Shown: positions 10,384-21,701 of the stretch, in pieces
Layout: every line of letters starts with the position of its first letter
Numbering within the stretch: position 1 is the first letter of the stretch
From: Deltaproteobacteria bacterium
GTDB taxonomy: Bacteria > Desulfobacterota > Syntrophia > Syntrophales > JAFGHS01
DNA: 64,000 nucleotides
Direction of reading: 5' to 3'
Assembly (NCBI GenBank): GCA_016928025.1
Contig: JAFGLN010000023.1
Coordinates: 17,067-81,066, forward strand
Notes under the pieces: model-generated
Database searches by the model: none
The model's input: only the letters and a program-made list of their open reading frames with translations
Told to the model about the DNA's origin: nothing
Made by a program: the position numbers and the translations under genes

Positions 10384-12582
10384 TTATGAATGGTTTGCCG
10401 CATCCATTTTTGGATGCTTTTTCCTAATCGATGTCAAAGCTTTTCCGGCGGCGATCTTCAGTTTTTCGGGGTAGGCCCGGAGGCGCAGGAAGGAACCGGA
10501 GTCTGCTATTTCCGATAGGCAGGGTATGGCTGCGGAAGAACCGATTGTTCCCAGGGCAGAGCAAATCTTTTCTTCCAGTTGAGACCGGAGAGATGTCACA
10601 ACCAATGGCCTCGATTTTAAAATGTCAATCAGATCGGCAATAATATCATCACATTTAGCGTTACCGATGGCCTCAATGATATCAAGTTTAAATTGATCGT
10701 CAGCATCAGCCAGGGCGGATATGAACATCTGTCCCCGCTTTGTTCCTCCCGTTCGATAAATGCTTTTTAATGCTTCCTGCTTCAGCCGGTTGTCTTTGTG
10801 GCGCATGAGGGGCTCAAGCGCGGCGGCACTTTCTTCATTGCCGATCTGCCCCATTAAGTAGGCGAGGTTGCGCAGATAATACCAGGGTTCATCATTGTTG
10901 ATTCTACCCTTGATGAAGGGAATCGCTGTCGGTCCGAAGTCGATGACGAGATGCATGATATGAACTCGCTCATCACTGTTTTCGGTGTCCCGAAGAATGT
11001 CGAGCAGAAAGTTCAACGCTTTCTCGCCCAGCCGGACCAGTAACCGGCCGGCGGAGACTTGTTTGTCCGGCGAGTTTTTGCGAAATGCTTCATAAAGACG
11101 TTGAATATGATCTTTGCTTGCCAGTTTGCTAATGACGGTGGAGGCGTTATTGCGAATCTTGTCGTTTTTTTCCAGTATACCACAGCTGATATCGTTGAAA
11201 ACATCCAGGACAGGAATGGCTTCTTCAAATTTTCCGGCGTCGATCATATGATCAATGAGGCTTTGCAGCTTGATGCAGATCTTTTGATAGGTGGGCATGG
11301 CGATGGTTTCATCCTTGACCCACTGGGCCAAACGGTCGGAAGACCGTTCGATCATTTCCATTTGCCTCCCCGGGGCGAGACTCTCCAGAATATCGATCAA
11401 GGCTTCAGATTCCCGGAAGCGTACCTCGGCATCTTCGCTGAACATATTTTTGATGAGACGATCGACGATGATTCCTATCGTTTCTTCCTGCTTTTGTTCA
11501 AAAAGCTGATCGATAATCTTCGGCAATACAGACATTAAAGAGGTATTCAATGACGGCGTTCTTTCTTCTTTTACAAGCATGCCAAGGGCTTCCTGAAGAT
11601 CAATAGCCCGACTTTGATGTTCCGGGGTATCTGCGTTTGGGTTACTATGGTTGCCGGAGGACGGGCTCCCGGTATGTGTAGTCTGTTCTTCCCCCATGTC
11701 CGTCCGCGACAATTCCTTGGCGAGATACTCCATCAACATTCCCCCGAAGAGATGTTCGATATTTTGGGTATCCAGTTGGCGGGTTATGCCCTGACCGACG
11801 GCGGCAAGAGACTTGCCGATGTCTTTTGACAACAGATCCTGATCCCGCACATCCAGACGGCCGGCCACTTTATCCACAAGCATCATCAAATTTACTATTT
11901 TATCAGACTTTTCTCTGATGGTTGAGTCACCGGCGTCGGCCATAATTTGTGATAACCCGGTATGAAAAATCCGGGATATGCGCTCCGGATTGTCGGCCTT
12001 TTCTTGCAGTTGCTGCAGATCATCAAGGGATACAAAATCGGCGTTCATGAGGTATTGAGAAATCTGATCGTCTGTAATATCGAGATTTGAAATGATTTTA
12101 TGATTCTTGTCGACCGCGACATAGACCTTTTGATCGAGATCGATGTGCGACAAATGATGGTCGGCCATAATCTTTTGCAGGCCGCCCTCATCTTTTATAG
12201 TTTCAGGCTTTTTCGACAGCAACTCGATGAAGGTGCCGAGGTCTTCCTTTGACAGTTCTTTGTTGAAGGTGATGCTTTTAGCGCCGAAACCGGTCAGAAG
12301 ATCCGATAAGGCTTTGATGTAAGGTTTTTCCTGATCCTTCTGGGGTAAAAGCTCGTCGTTAATCAGGATATTTTTCTCGGATTCCGCCAGAGTCAGGGAT
12401 GTGGTTTGATCCATAACATCCATGATGCTGGAATACAACCTTTGGATGGTTGATATAATGGTCGCACTTGTCGGCGGATAAAGACGGATATTTTTGATGG
12501 CCGTATTGAAAATCGTAAGTGTCTCCAGCACTTTTTGCTTCGCTTGTAAATCTTCCATAGCGCTTATTCCGAATGCATTCAC
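10384..12582 (-). CDS. HEAT/PBS-lyase repeat protein
   Basis: N-terminal NIRLYPP motif; C-terminal helical repeats (WYYLRNLAYLMGQIG, ALGTIGS). Start could instead be ATG 12558. Confidence 0.8.
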   Translation of the reverse strand: MNAFGISAMEDLQAKQKVLETLTIFNTAIKNIRLYPPTSATIISTIQRLYSSIMDVMDQTTSLTLAESEKNILINDELLPQKDQEKPYIKALSDLLTGFGAKSITFNKELSKEDLGTFIELLSKKPETIKDEGGLQKIMADHHLSHIDLDQKVYVAVDKNHKIISNLDITDDQISQYLMNADFVSLDDLQQLQEKADNPERISRIFHTGLSQIMADAGDSTIREKSDKIVNLMMLVDKVAGRLDVRDQDLLSKDIGKSLAAVGQGITRQLDTQNIEHLFGGMLMEYLAKELSRTDMGEEQTTHTGSPSSGNHSNPNADTPEHQSRAIDLQEALGMLVKEERTPSLNTSLMSVLPKIIDQLFEQKQEETIGIIVDRLIKNMFSEDAEVRFRESEALIDILESLAPGRQMEMIERSSDRLAQWVKDETIAMPTYQKICIKLQSLIDHMIDAGKFEEAIPVLDVFNDISCGILEKNDKIRNNASTVISKLASKDHIQRLYEAFRKNSPDKQVSAGRLLVRLGEKALNFLLDILRDTENSDERVHIMHLVIDFGPTAIPFIKGRINNDEPWYYLRNLAYLMGQIGNEESAAALEPLMRHKDNRLKQEALKSIYRTGGTKRGQMFISALADADDQFKLDIIEAIGNAKCDDIIADLIDILKSRPLVVTSLRSQLEEKICSALGTIGSSAAIPCLSEIADSGSFLRLRAYPEKLKIAAGKALTSIRKKHPKMDAANHS

Positions 12583-13040
12583 ATCGCTCGAACCCTTTGA
12601 TGATGAGGTAAGACAATATCATGAGATGGTGATGGACATGAAGACATCGCAAGAGGTGTACCGAGAAGACCGACTTTTAAACCATCATTTAACATTGCCG
12701 CCGGTGACTCACTGCGAACCCCACGGACCAATCCCAACCCCCGAAAAGTGCCTTGAGTTCTGTTTGTAATGCTTTTTGTGTCATTTAACAGAAGTTCCTC
12801 CATGCACTAATCATTCCAATTATTTCATGAGCATCTTTATTTTTAAACAGGTTTTGGTGGTGATTAGTGTGTGGCAGACTTGGATGGAGTGCAATGGTGT
12901 TGGTTATGCAACCATTTGTAATATATGAAGATACATCTTTTAATTGCCAGTTTTAAAAAAAATAGGTGATTGATGCGCGGCCACAAACGGCTGGATGATT
13001 GCCGAAAGGAGATGCAGGAATGGAAATGCGAATGATAATC

Positions 13041-13115
<75 letters not shown>

Positions 13116-13146
13116 CTTCGATTGGCTGCCAATGAGACCGGGGCGC

Positions 13147-13176
13147 ATCTTATTAATCAACACCCCTGTTTGTCAA
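13147..13176 (-). promoter_or_regulatory. sigma70 promoter of tRNA-Gly
   Basis: TTGACA-N18-TAAGAT followed by a GC-rich discriminator (GCGCCCC), typical of stable-RNA promoters. Confidence 0.65.
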
Positions 13177-13177
13177 G

Positions 13178-14470
13178 TTATTTTCGCGAAACTCTCGCTG
13201 TGACGGATTCTCCATGCCCGCCGAGCCCTTCGAGCTCCGCGAGCCTCACGGTCGGCGCGCTGTATTTATCCAGGGCGTCCCGGGAAAAGGAAATCACGCT
13301 GGTTCGTTTGACAAAATCATATACGCCCAGAGGCGATGAGAAACGGGCCGATCCTCCCGTGGGCAGGATATGGTTTGGTCCGGCGAGGTAGTCGCCCAGG
13401 ACGGCGGGCGTATGGTATCCCAGCAGGACGGCGCCCGCATTTTTGATTCGGTCCAGAATCGACTGCGGATTTTCCACCATCAGCTCCAGATGTTCGGGTG
13501 CTAATTGATCGGCTATCTCGACGGCTTCGGTGAGATCTTTCGTGACAACGATGGCGCCGAAATCATGGAGTGCTTTTCCGGCGATAGCTTTCCTTAAAAG
13601 GACCTCAAGCCGGCGGTCGATTTCCCCCGCTGCTTTGATCGCAAAGGATTCATCCGGTGTCAGCAGAATCGCACTGGCCAGTGCATCATGTTCCGCCTGC
13701 GCCAGCATGTCGGCGGCGACAAAGGCGGGATCCGTTTTGCCGTCGGAAATGATGATGACCTCGCTGGGACCGGCGATCATATCGATGGCCGTTTGTCCGT
13801 AAACCATCTTTTTGGCCGTTGTCACATAGGCGTTGCCGGGACCGACGATTTTGTCCACCCGGGGGACGGATTCGGTACCGTAAGCCAGGGCCGCGATGGC
13901 CTGGGCGCCGCCGATTCTGTAAACGCTTTGAATACCGCAGATGGTTACGGCTGTCGCCATCAGGGGGTGGATCGTGCCGCCTCTGGTCGGCGTCGCCAGG
14001 ATGACATCGCGGACGCCGGCGATTTTTGCGGGAATGGCGGCCATCAGAACCGTTGAGGGATAGGCGGCCGTACCGCCCGGGGCGTAAATCCCCACCCGCT
14101 CCAGAGGCAAAACGCGCTGCCCGAGTTGAATGCCCGATTCGTCCGAAAAAGACCAGCTTTCAATGGTTTGTTTTTCATGAAATCGCTCAATGCGGCCGGC
14201 GGCCAGTTTCAGGGCGTCAGTGTCTTTTTCCGCTGTCTGGGAGGCTGCCTTTTGAATTTCTTCCTCCGACAGCATGACGCTGGCCGTGCTGAGCTCATAG
14301 CCGTCAAATTTTTCCGTGTATTCGAAAAGGGCCTTGTCGCCGTTGGAGGCGACACGATCGATGATATCCTTGACGGTGGTCCAGATTGTCTCGTCGGAAA
14401 GGCGGCCCCGTTCGACGATTTTGTTTAACTGTGATTTGAATTGCGGGCTGTTTGTTCTGATGACCTTCAT
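13178..14470 (-). CDS. hisD: histidinol dehydrogenase
   Basis: [34 protein letters not shown] and GPNHILPT motifs. Confidence 0.97.
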   Translation of the reverse strand: MKVIRTNSPQFKSQLNKIVERGRLSDETIWTTVKDIIDRVASNGDKALFEYTEKFDGYELSTASVMLSEEEIQKAASQTAEKDTDALKLAAGRIERFHEKQTIESWSFSDESGIQLGQRVLPLERVGIYAPGGTAAYPSTVLMAAIPAKIAGVRDVILATPTRGGTIHPLMATAVTICGIQSVYRIGGAQAIAALAYGTESVPRVDKIVGPGNAYVTTAKKMVYGQTAIDMIAGPSEVIIISDGKTDPAFVAADMLAQAEHDALASAILLTPDESFAIKAAGEIDRRLEVLLRKAIAGKALHDFGAIVVTKDLTEAVEIADQLAPEHLELMVENPQSILDRIKNAGAVLLGYHTPAVLGDYLAGPNHILPTGGSARFSSPLGVYDFVKRTSVISFSRDALDKYSAPTVRLAELEGLGGHGESVTARVSRK

Positions 14471-15726
14471 TTGGTTTCCCTGACCCTTCTGATATCGGCG
14501 CCTAAAGCCGAAAATTTCTTCTCAATGTCCTCATAACCTCTGTCGATATGATAAACCCGGGACACTTCGGTGCGACCTTCAGCGACCAGTCCCGCCAGAA
14601 TGAGCGAGGCCGATGCCCGCAGGTCCGTTGCCATAACCGGCGCTCCTCGAAGGTGATCAATGCCCTTGACGATGGCTCTGTTGCCTTCGATCATAATATC
14701 GGCTCCCATCCGCATCAGCTCGCCGACGTGCATGAACCGGTTTTCGAAAACCGTTTCCGTAATGACGCTCAGTCCACCGGCGATCGTCATGAAGGAAAGC
14801 ATCTGGGCCTGGAGATCCGTAGGAAACCCCGGGTAGGGTTGGGTCTTCATGTCCACGCTTTTTGTTTTTTTGCGGCCGAGCGCCCGGATCCCGCCATCAA
14901 TAGATGTTATCTCTATGCCGGTGCTCCGGAGCTTTGTAATGACGGTTTCCAAATGAGACGGATTGCACCCCAGAATCCGTATGTCCCCCCGGGTCATTCC
15001 CGCGGCAATCAGGAACGTTCCCGCTTCGATCCGATCGGGAATAACCGAAGCTTCAACCGACGATAATTTCTTCACGCCGTCGATCCTGATGACGTCCGTC
15101 CCCGCACCGGATATTTTTGCCCCCATACCGATTAAAACATCGGCAAGATTGACGATCTCCGGTTCTTTGGCGGCGTTTTCCAGGAGGGTGGTCCCTTCGG
15201 CCAGGCAGGCGGCCATCATAATGTTTTCCGTTCCTGTGACGGTCGGCATGTCGAAATAGATGGTGCTGCCCTTCAGTCGCTTCGACCTGGCTTCAATGTA
15301 TCCTTCCTTGATGTCCACTTCCGCGCCCATATCCCGGAGGGCCTTGATATGCAGATTGACAGGCCTTGCACCAATGGCACAACCTCCGGGAAGGGATACT
15401 CTGGCTTGACCCATCCGGGCCACAAGAGGACCGAGAACCAGGATGGAGGCCCGCATGGTCTTGACCAAGTCATAGGATGCCTCGCAATGGTTAATATGGT
15501 CCGCGTTGACCCTGATCGTTGTTCCGTTTGTTTCAATCTTGGCGCCGATGCTGATTAACAGCTTTTTGATGGTTTTGATATCCACGAGGTCCGGGATATT
15601 ATGGAACGTATTCCAGCCCATCGTGAGGAGTGCGGCGGCCATGACGGGCAGTGCCGCATTTTTGGCACCGCTGATCTGCACATCCCCGGAGAGTTTCTTT
15701 CCGCCGTTAATGATGATCTTATCCAT
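14467..15726 (-). CDS. murA: UDP-N-acetylglucosamine 1-carboxyvinyltransferase
   Basis: [19 protein letters not shown] (catalytic Cys), PDRIEAGT and ATDLRAS motifs. Confidence 0.98.
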   Translation of the reverse strand: MDKIIINGGKKLSGDVQISGAKNAALPVMAAALLTMGWNTFHNIPDLVDIKTIKKLLISIGAKIETNGTTIRVNADHINHCEASYDLVKTMRASILVLGPLVARMGQARVSLPGGCAIGARPVNLHIKALRDMGAEVDIKEGYIEARSKRLKGSTIYFDMPTVTGTENIMMAACLAEGTTLLENAAKEPEIVNLADVLIGMGAKISGAGTDVIRIDGVKKLSSVEASVIPDRIEAGTFLIAAGMTRGDIRILGCNPSHLETVITKLRSTGIEITSIDGGIRALGRKKTKSVDMKTQPYPGFPTDLQAQMLSFMTIAGGLSVITETVFENRFMHVGELMRMGADIMIEGNRAIVKGIDHLRGAPVMATDLRASASLILAGLVAEGRTEVSRVYHIDRGYEDIEKKFSALGADIRRVRETK

Positions 15727-16582
15727 CGGTCAGCCTTCTCCATGCCGTGACGCAGCGGTCGATCCCGCCGTAATCTTTTCGGAACCAGGCGCCTTCATAT
15801 GCGGGTTCTTTACGAAAAAGATCGGCAATTTTTTCTTTTTGTCCCGGACCTATCTCCATAAACAGCCGTCCCCCTTCTTTTAAATGATGTTTGCCCTCCC
15901 GGATCAGGCGCCGATGAAACTGCATGCCGTCCGGTCCGCCGGACAACGCCGTCCGGGGCTCAAAATCCTTCACTTCCCGCGATAATGTCTCATACAGCCT
16001 ATCATCTATATAAGGCGGGTTTGAAACAATACAATCAAACCGTCCGGTTGCGGGAGTAAATAAATCGCCGACGGAAAATGAAATACGGTGAGCCACACCG
16101 TGGGTTTCGGCATTTCTCCGGGCGACTTCGACGGCCTTGGCGGATATATCGCAAGCCCAGCAGGAGGCATCCTTCAATTCCAGGGCCAGAGCGATAATAA
16201 TCGCGCCGCTTCCGGTTCCCACATCCAGAATCCTGATCTCTTCCTTATCTGAATTGCCATAGACTTTCAATACTTCTTCTACCAGAATTTCCGTGTCCGG
16301 TCTCGGGATCAAGACATCGTGATTGACTTCGAAATCGAGGGACCAGAATTCTTTTCGGCCCGTGATATAGGCGACCGGCTCACCCCGCAAGCGCCTTTCA
16401 ACCCAACGTTGAAAGCCGTCAAGTTCCTGGGCTGTCAATACCTTGGCCGGATATTTATAAAGTTCGACACGATCAGCGCCCAGACACCGTGCGAGAAGGA
16501 CCTCGGCATCCAGTCGTGGTGAAACCAGTTTCCGATCGGCGAATTCTCTTGTGGCCCTGTTCAAAATATCATGAATATTCAT
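15719..16582 (-). CDS. prmC: release factor glutamine methyltransferase
   Basis: [15 protein letters not shown] and NPPY motifs; downstream of prfA. Confidence 0.96.
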   Translation of the reverse strand: MNIHDILNRATREFADRKLVSPRLDAEVLLARCLGADRVELYKYPAKVLTAQELDGFQRWVERRLRGEPVAYITGRKEFWSLDFEVNHDVLIPRPDTEILVEEVLKVYGNSDKEEIRILDVGTGSGAIIIALALELKDASCWACDISAKAVEVARRNAETHGVAHRISFSVGDLFTPATGRFDCIVSNPPYIDDRLYETLSREVKDFEPRTALSGGPDGMQFHRRLIREGKHHLKEGGRLFMEIGPGQKEKIADLFRKEPAYEGAWFRKDYGGIDRCVTAWRRLTDG

Positions 16583-16628
16583 GGAATAACACTGGTTCGG
16601 GGTGAATCTGGCATCGAAAAAAAGGTGG

Positions 16629-17708
16629 TTAAACTTTCGCGTTTGCGGACTGTTTCAAGGCTTCGGCCTGATAGTGGGTGGTCAGGGCGTCAATAACCGG
16701 TTGGATATCGCCGTTTAGGAAATTTTCCAGATTATAGAGGGTCAAACCGATGCGGTGGTCCGTGATGCGTCCCTGAGGGAAGTTATAGGTGCGGATCCGT
16801 TCGCTCCGATCTCCGCTGCCCACCTGGCTTTTCCTGGTTTCCGAAATTTCCGTATTTTGTTTGGTCACCATGATATCGAGAAGCCGTGCTCGTAAGACTT
16901 TCATGGCTTTGGCTTTGTTTTTCAGTTGCGACTTTTCGTCCTGGCAGGTGACGACAAGACCTGTCAACAGGTGGGTAATCCGGACGGCGGAGTCCGTCGT
17001 ATTGACGCTTTGTCCCCCATGGCCGGAAGAATGATAAACATCGATTCTTAAATCATTGGGGTTGATATTGACTTCCACGTCTTCCGCTTCAGGCAATACG
17101 GCGACGGTGACGGCGGAGGTGTGAATTCTGCCCTGGGCTTCCGTCACGGGAACCCTTTGCACCCGGTGAACGCCGCTTTCGTACTTAAGCTTGCTATAGG
17201 CGCCTTTGCCTTCGACAAGGGCGATAATCTCTTTGAATCCCCCCATGCCACCCGCCGGGCTGCTGCTGATTATCTCGACCTGCCAGCGGAATAGCTCTGC
17301 ATAACGCGCATACATGCGAAACAGGTCGCCCGCAAACAATCCGGCTTCATCGCCGCCCGTGCCGGCCCGGATTTCCAAAAAGACGTTTCTCTCATCATTG
17401 GGATCTTTCGGCAGAAGCAGGAAGGTGAGTTGCTCTTCAAGGCCGGCCAGACTTTCTCTTAAGGCCGGCAGTTCTTCCTTGATAATTTCTTTGAGCTCTT
17501 CGTCATTTTCTTTAAGCAGTTTTTGGTCTTCTACGATGTGCTCTTTTACTTTTTCATATTGCCTGTGCGTCTCGACGAGTTCCTGCAGATCGGAGTGTTC
17601 TTTGGCATACCTCTGGTAAAGGCTGGGTTTCCCGACCACATCGGCATCACTCAACAACCGTTCCAGTTCTTTGTATCGAAGCTCAATTTCTTTTAATTTG
17701 GTGAACAT
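16629..17708 (-). CDS. prfA: peptide chain release factor 1
   Basis: GGQ motif, PVT anticodon tripeptide, [14 protein letters not shown]. Confidence 0.98.
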   Translation of the reverse strand: MFTKLKEIELRYKELERLLSDADVVGKPSLYQRYAKEHSDLQELVETHRQYEKVKEHIVEDQKLLKENDEELKEIIKEELPALRESLAGLEEQLTFLLLPKDPNDERNVFLEIRAGTGGDEAGLFAGDLFRMYARYAELFRWQVEIISSSPAGGMGGFKEIIALVEGKGAYSKLKYESGVHRVQRVPVTEAQGRIHTSAVTVAVLPEAEDVEVNINPNDLRIDVYHSSGHGGQSVNTTDSAVRITHLLTGLVVTCQDEKSQLKNKAKAMKVLRARLLDIMVTKQNTEISETRKSQVGSGDRSERIRTYNFPQGRITDHRIGLTLYNLENFLNGDIQPVIDALTTHYQAEALKQSANAKV

Positions 17709-17928
17709 AGTGTCAGTATCTTTATCACCATGGTTTCCATGATGCCGCTTAATAGATGGCCAATATCTTAATTGTTACAATGGCTTTATTTGAAGAGCGT
17801 TCTTGCGGGCGGCATGGATGATGGCAAAAATCGGGAAAGCTGCCGTCAATGGGAGGAGAAAAGGTCGTTTTTCCCTGTTGTTCCTCCGTGACATTTTGGT
17901 TGATTGAAGATGAAGAAATGGGCGTTTT

Positions 17929-18147
17929 TCAGACCTTTCCTTTTTTTTCCCCTCTGCCGTATTTTTTGTTGAATCGTTCCACCCGCCCCGCCGTATCGAT
18001 GATTTTCTGTTTGCCGGTCATGAACGGATGGCATTTTGAGCAGATTTCAATCTTGATATCCTTCTTGGTGGAACGCGTCTGAATAACGTTGCCGCAGACA
18101 CAAGTAATGGTTGTTTCCGTATATTCCGGATGGATATCCTTTTTCAT
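17929..18147 (-). CDS. rpmE: 50S ribosomal protein L31 (zinc-binding type)
   Basis: MKKDIHPEY, CxC/CxxC, HPF..G.Q...DTAGRVERF. Confidence 0.97.
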   Translation of the reverse strand: MKKDIHPEYTETTITCVCGNVIQTRSTKKDIKIEICSKCHPFMTGKQKIIDTAGRVERFNKKYGRGEKKGKV

Positions 18148-18222
18148 CGTGTTTTCATCTCCTAATCAATTATAATCCATTTGCCTGTTTTTTTTCAGGT
18201 TTGCGCCGACAAATGAGGGTGC

Positions 18223-18250
18223 ATTATAAACATCTTTTAAATAAATTCAA
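18223..18250 (-). promoter_or_regulatory. sigma70 promoter for rpmE
   Basis: TTGAAT-N16-TATAAT on the minus strand, followed by GCACCC. Confidence 0.6.
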
Positions 18251-18309
18251 GTAAATTAATTTTTAGAGGCGAATTTGGGTTTTGTTTTTATTTCTCTGGA
18301 TGGTTTGCA

Positions 18310-19557
18310 TCACTGATTCATTGAATCGAGGAAGCCTTGATTGGTCTCCGTTTTTCTCATCTTGTCACTGATGAATTCCATGGCGTCCACCGGATTCATT
18401 TCCTGTAAAAGTCTTCTGAGGATCCATATCCGGTTAAGGTTATTCTTTTGGATCAACAATTCTTCTTTTCGCGTTCCGGATCGGATCAGATCAAAAGCGG
18501 GGAAAATTCTGCGGTCGGCAATGCGTCGGTCCAGATGAAGCTCCATGTTACCCGTGCCCTTGAATTCTTCAAAAATGACCTCGTCCATCCGGCTGCCTGT
18601 GTCAATCAGGGCCGTGGAGATAATCGTCAAACTGCCGCCGTTTTCAATGTTGCGGGCGGCGCCGAAGAAACGTTTCGGTTTGTGCAGGGCATTGGAATCG
18701 ACACCGCCGGACAGAACTTTGCCGCTGGGGGGAACCACAGTATTATAAGCCCGGGCCAGCCGCGTAATACTGTCCAGGAGGATAACGACATCCATTTTAT
18801 GTTCCACGAGCCGTTTTGCCTTTTCGATGACCATTTCCGCCACCTGAACGTGCCGTGTGGCCGGTTCGTCGAAGGTCGATGAGATCACTTCCCCCTCAAC
18901 ACTTCGCTGCATATCGGTGACTTCCTCCGGACGTTCGTCGATCAACAGCACCATTAGGATCACTTCCTTATGATTAGCGGTGATGCTGTGGGCAATATCC
19001 TGCAGCAGGACGGTTTTACCGGCTCTGGGCGGTGATACGATCAAGCCCCTCTGACCCTTTCCGATGGGCGTAAAGAGGTCCATGATTCTGGTTGATAAAT
19101 TTTCGGGATCCATTTCCAGATTGAATTTCTCTTCCGGATACAGGGGGGTCAGGTTGTCGAAAAGAATTTTATCTTTGGCTACCTCAGGACTTTCAAAATT
19201 CACCCCGTCTACCTTGAGGAGGGCAAAGTATTTTTCACCTTCCTTGGGGGGTCTTACTTCCCCCGAAACGGTGTCGCCGGTTCTCAAGCCGAAGCGCCTG
19301 ATCTGGGAAGGCGATATATAAATATCGTCGGGACTTGGCAGGTAATTGTAATCCACGGCGCGGAGAAAACCGAAACCGTCCGGCAGGATTTCCAGAACGC
19401 CGGAACCGGATATGACACCGTTTTTTTCAGCCTCTGCCTGTAGGATGGCAAAGATCAGGTCCTGTCTTCTCATGCCGCTGGCACTGGCAACGTTCAGGTC
19501 TTTGGCCAGATTCGCCAGTTCACTAATGGGTTGTCTCTTGATGTCTTCAATGTTCAT
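18310..19557 (-). CDS. rho: transcription termination factor Rho
   Basis: [22 protein letters not shown] and FKGTGNME motifs. Confidence 0.98.
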   Translation of the reverse strand: MNIEDIKRQPISELANLAKDLNVASASGMRRQDLIFAILQAEAEKNGVISGSGVLEILPDGFGFLRAVDYNYLPSPDDIYISPSQIRRFGLRTGDTVSGEVRPPKEGEKYFALLKVDGVNFESPEVAKDKILFDNLTPLYPEEKFNLEMDPENLSTRIMDLFTPIGKGQRGLIVSPPRAGKTVLLQDIAHSITANHKEVILMVLLIDERPEEVTDMQRSVEGEVISSTFDEPATRHVQVAEMVIEKAKRLVEHKMDVVILLDSITRLARAYNTVVPPSGKVLSGGVDSNALHKPKRFFGAARNIENGGSLTIISTALIDTGSRMDEVIFEEFKGTGNMELHLDRRIADRRIFPAFDLIRSGTRKEELLIQKNNLNRIWILRRLLQEMNPVDAMEFISDKMRKTETNQGFLDSMNQ

Positions 19558-19922
19558 AAAGTGATTCCTCGTCTATGCTTTTCTATGCAACATGACATAT
19601 AAAGCTCTTCATTGTACTGCTTTGTCGTTCTATATTTTTTTATTAGTCAGAAATGTCCATTAGATAAAGTATGAAGATCTTATTTGCAACGAGCTATGAA
19701 AATTTTAATAGATAAAATGGGTTGCTAATTTGAACTTCTGAAGCACTCCAAACAGGAAGGACTTAATATATGCCTTTCACAGATTGATTACCTCCCTATA
19801 CCAATCGTTGACCTATGTCAAGTAATTTTTATTACTGTCCTTTTTATTTTTGCCGGCCGTTAATAATGGATAAGTTTATCGAGAATCATCAAAACATGAT
19901 TATTAAAACGTCTACGACCCTA

Positions 19923-20732
19923 TCATTTCTTCAGCATGATAAAATTGAGCTGTCGTCCTGTTTGGCCCCTTTCGCCACGGTGTGAAAAGAACATGTCCGT
20001 TTGGCAGGCGGTACAGAGGTCGGAGGTAAATATATTTTCTTCCGGAATGCCCATTGACAGGATATGCAATTTATTTGCCAAAGGGAGATCGAACATCCAT
20101 TTTCCCGGATTTTTAGTTGAACGGCCAAAAAGATGCTTTTGTTTTTCATCATGAGCCATGGCGTTATAAACCCGCGTGTCTACTTCATAACAACATGGCC
20201 CGATGGCCGGACCGATAACAGCCAGGATATCTTCAGGTTTCGAGTTGAATTGCTTGACAAGTATATCGACCGTTTTTGCGGCAATCTTGAGCGTCGTACC
20301 CTGCCATCCCGCATGAACGGCGCCAATGACCCGCTGCGTTTTATCCAGAAGAAGAATAGGGACACAATCGGCCGTTTTGATGCTCAAAGCCAGATCCGGC
20401 TGATCGGTAACCATGGCGTCGAAGGCGGCGGATTCATAAGGCGCATGACTGCCCAATGGTTCGTCCAGGACCAGTATTTTATCGCCGTGAACCTGATCGA
20501 TGATCAAAAATCGCTGGGCATTCATTTGAAAGGCGTCCGCAATGAGATCCCGGTTATGTAAAACTTTTTCCTCGTCGTCTCCCACGTGCAGGCTGATATT
20601 CAAGCTGCTGAAGGGGAAATCGCTGACGCCTGTGTGACGCGTACAAAAGGCATGGTGGATGAAATCGTATCTTTCCAGTGCGGGGCATAGTAGAGTCGTA
20701 ACCGGACCCTGGTCCCTGAAAGCGAAATGCAT
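19923..20732 (-). CDS. pgeF: PgeF/YfiH (laccase-domain) purine nucleoside phosphorylase-like protein
   Basis: QVHG, TADCVP, HAGWQG, GPCCYEV and FSHR motifs; paired with the RluD gene. Confidence 0.93.
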   Translation of the reverse strand: MHFAFRDQGPVTTLLCPALERYDFIHHAFCTRHTGVSDFPFSSLNISLHVGDDEEKVLHNRDLIADAFQMNAQRFLIIDQVHGDKILVLDEPLGSHAPYESAAFDAMVTDQPDLALSIKTADCVPILLLDKTQRVIGAVHAGWQGTTLKIAAKTVDILVKQFNSKPEDILAVIGPAIGPCCYEVDTRVYNAMAHDEKQKHLFGRSTKNPGKWMFDLPLANKLHILSMGIPEENIFTSDLCTACQTDMFFSHRGERGQTGRQLNFIMLKK

Positions 20733-21692
20733 TTAAACGCCTCTTTGTAATAAGTCGCAAAGATCCGCCATATCCGCAGGCATGGGAGAGGAAAAGGCCA
20801 TCGAAATTTTTTGGACGGGATGACAAAATTCGATGGCACTGGCATGCAGAGCATGTCTGTTCAAAGATTTGATTTTCCTTCTGACGGCCATGTTCTGTAA
20901 GGTATTTATTCTTTTAGGATTTCCATACAGGCCGTCCCCTAATAAGGGATAACCGGCGACGGTCAAGTGAACTCTGATCTGATGTGTTCTGCCCGTTTCC
21001 GTCTTAATCTCCAATAAGGTTACCGCTCCGTATCTTTCGCAAACTTGCCAGTAAGTGACGGCTTCTTTGCCTCGCCGGCTTTTTGTGGACATCTTTTTCC
21101 GGTCGACCGGATGCCTGCCGATAGGGATATCGATGGTGCCCGAATCTTCCTGAAACTGCCCGTACACCAGGGCCTGGTATGTTTTTTTAATCTCATGTTT
21201 TTTAAATTGAGCAGCCAGTTCATGATGAGCGTCATCGGTTTTCGCGACGATCATCATGCCGGACGTTCCTTTATCGAGACGATGAACGATGCCGGGCCTG
21301 AGGACGCCTCCAATCCCCGATAAATCTCGACAATGAAAAAGAATGGCGTTAACAAGGGTGTTTTCGTAATGGCCTGCCGCGGGATGAACCGTCATCCCGG
21401 CCGGTTTATCCACAATGAGTATATGGGGATCTTCAAAGAGGATAGTCAGAGGAATGTCCTGAGGGACAACATTCGACGGAACGGATTCCGGCAGGTAGAG
21501 GCGGATCATGTCTCCTTCCTTTAATTTATAACCGGCTTTGGCGGCCTGACGATTCACCTGTAAATGGCCGTCATCGGCTGCCTTTTTAATCTGCGATCGG
21601 GACAGGTTGATATCCTGCCGGGCGAGAAAAACATCAATTCTCGAGTCCTTTTCGTTGCCTGTCACTTCAAATTCAAATGTCCTGGCATTCAT
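20733..21692 (-). CDS. rluD: RluA/RluD family 23S rRNA pseudouridine synthase
   Basis: N-terminal S4 domain; HRLDKGTSG and TGRTHQIRVH motifs. Confidence 0.93.
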   Translation of the reverse strand: MNARTFEFEVTGNEKDSRIDVFLARQDINLSRSQIKKAADDGHLQVNRQAAKAGYKLKEGDMIRLYLPESVPSNVVPQDIPLTILFEDPHILIVDKPAGMTVHPAAGHYENTLVNAILFHCRDLSGIGGVLRPGIVHRLDKGTSGMMIVAKTDDAHHELAAQFKKHEIKKTYQALVYGQFQEDSGTIDIPIGRHPVDRKKMSTKSRRGKEAVTYWQVCERYGAVTLLEIKTETGRTHQIRVHLTVAGYPLLGDGLYGNPKRINTLQNMAVRRKIKSLNRHALHASAIEFCHPVQKISMAFSSPMPADMADLCDLLQRGV

Positions 21693-21701
21693 GTTTTCAT
21701 T

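Noticed and set aside
12579-12803. 74-aa ORF upstream of the HEAT gene
   Set aside because: No motif or clear RBS; cannot be supported although it abuts the HEAT start.
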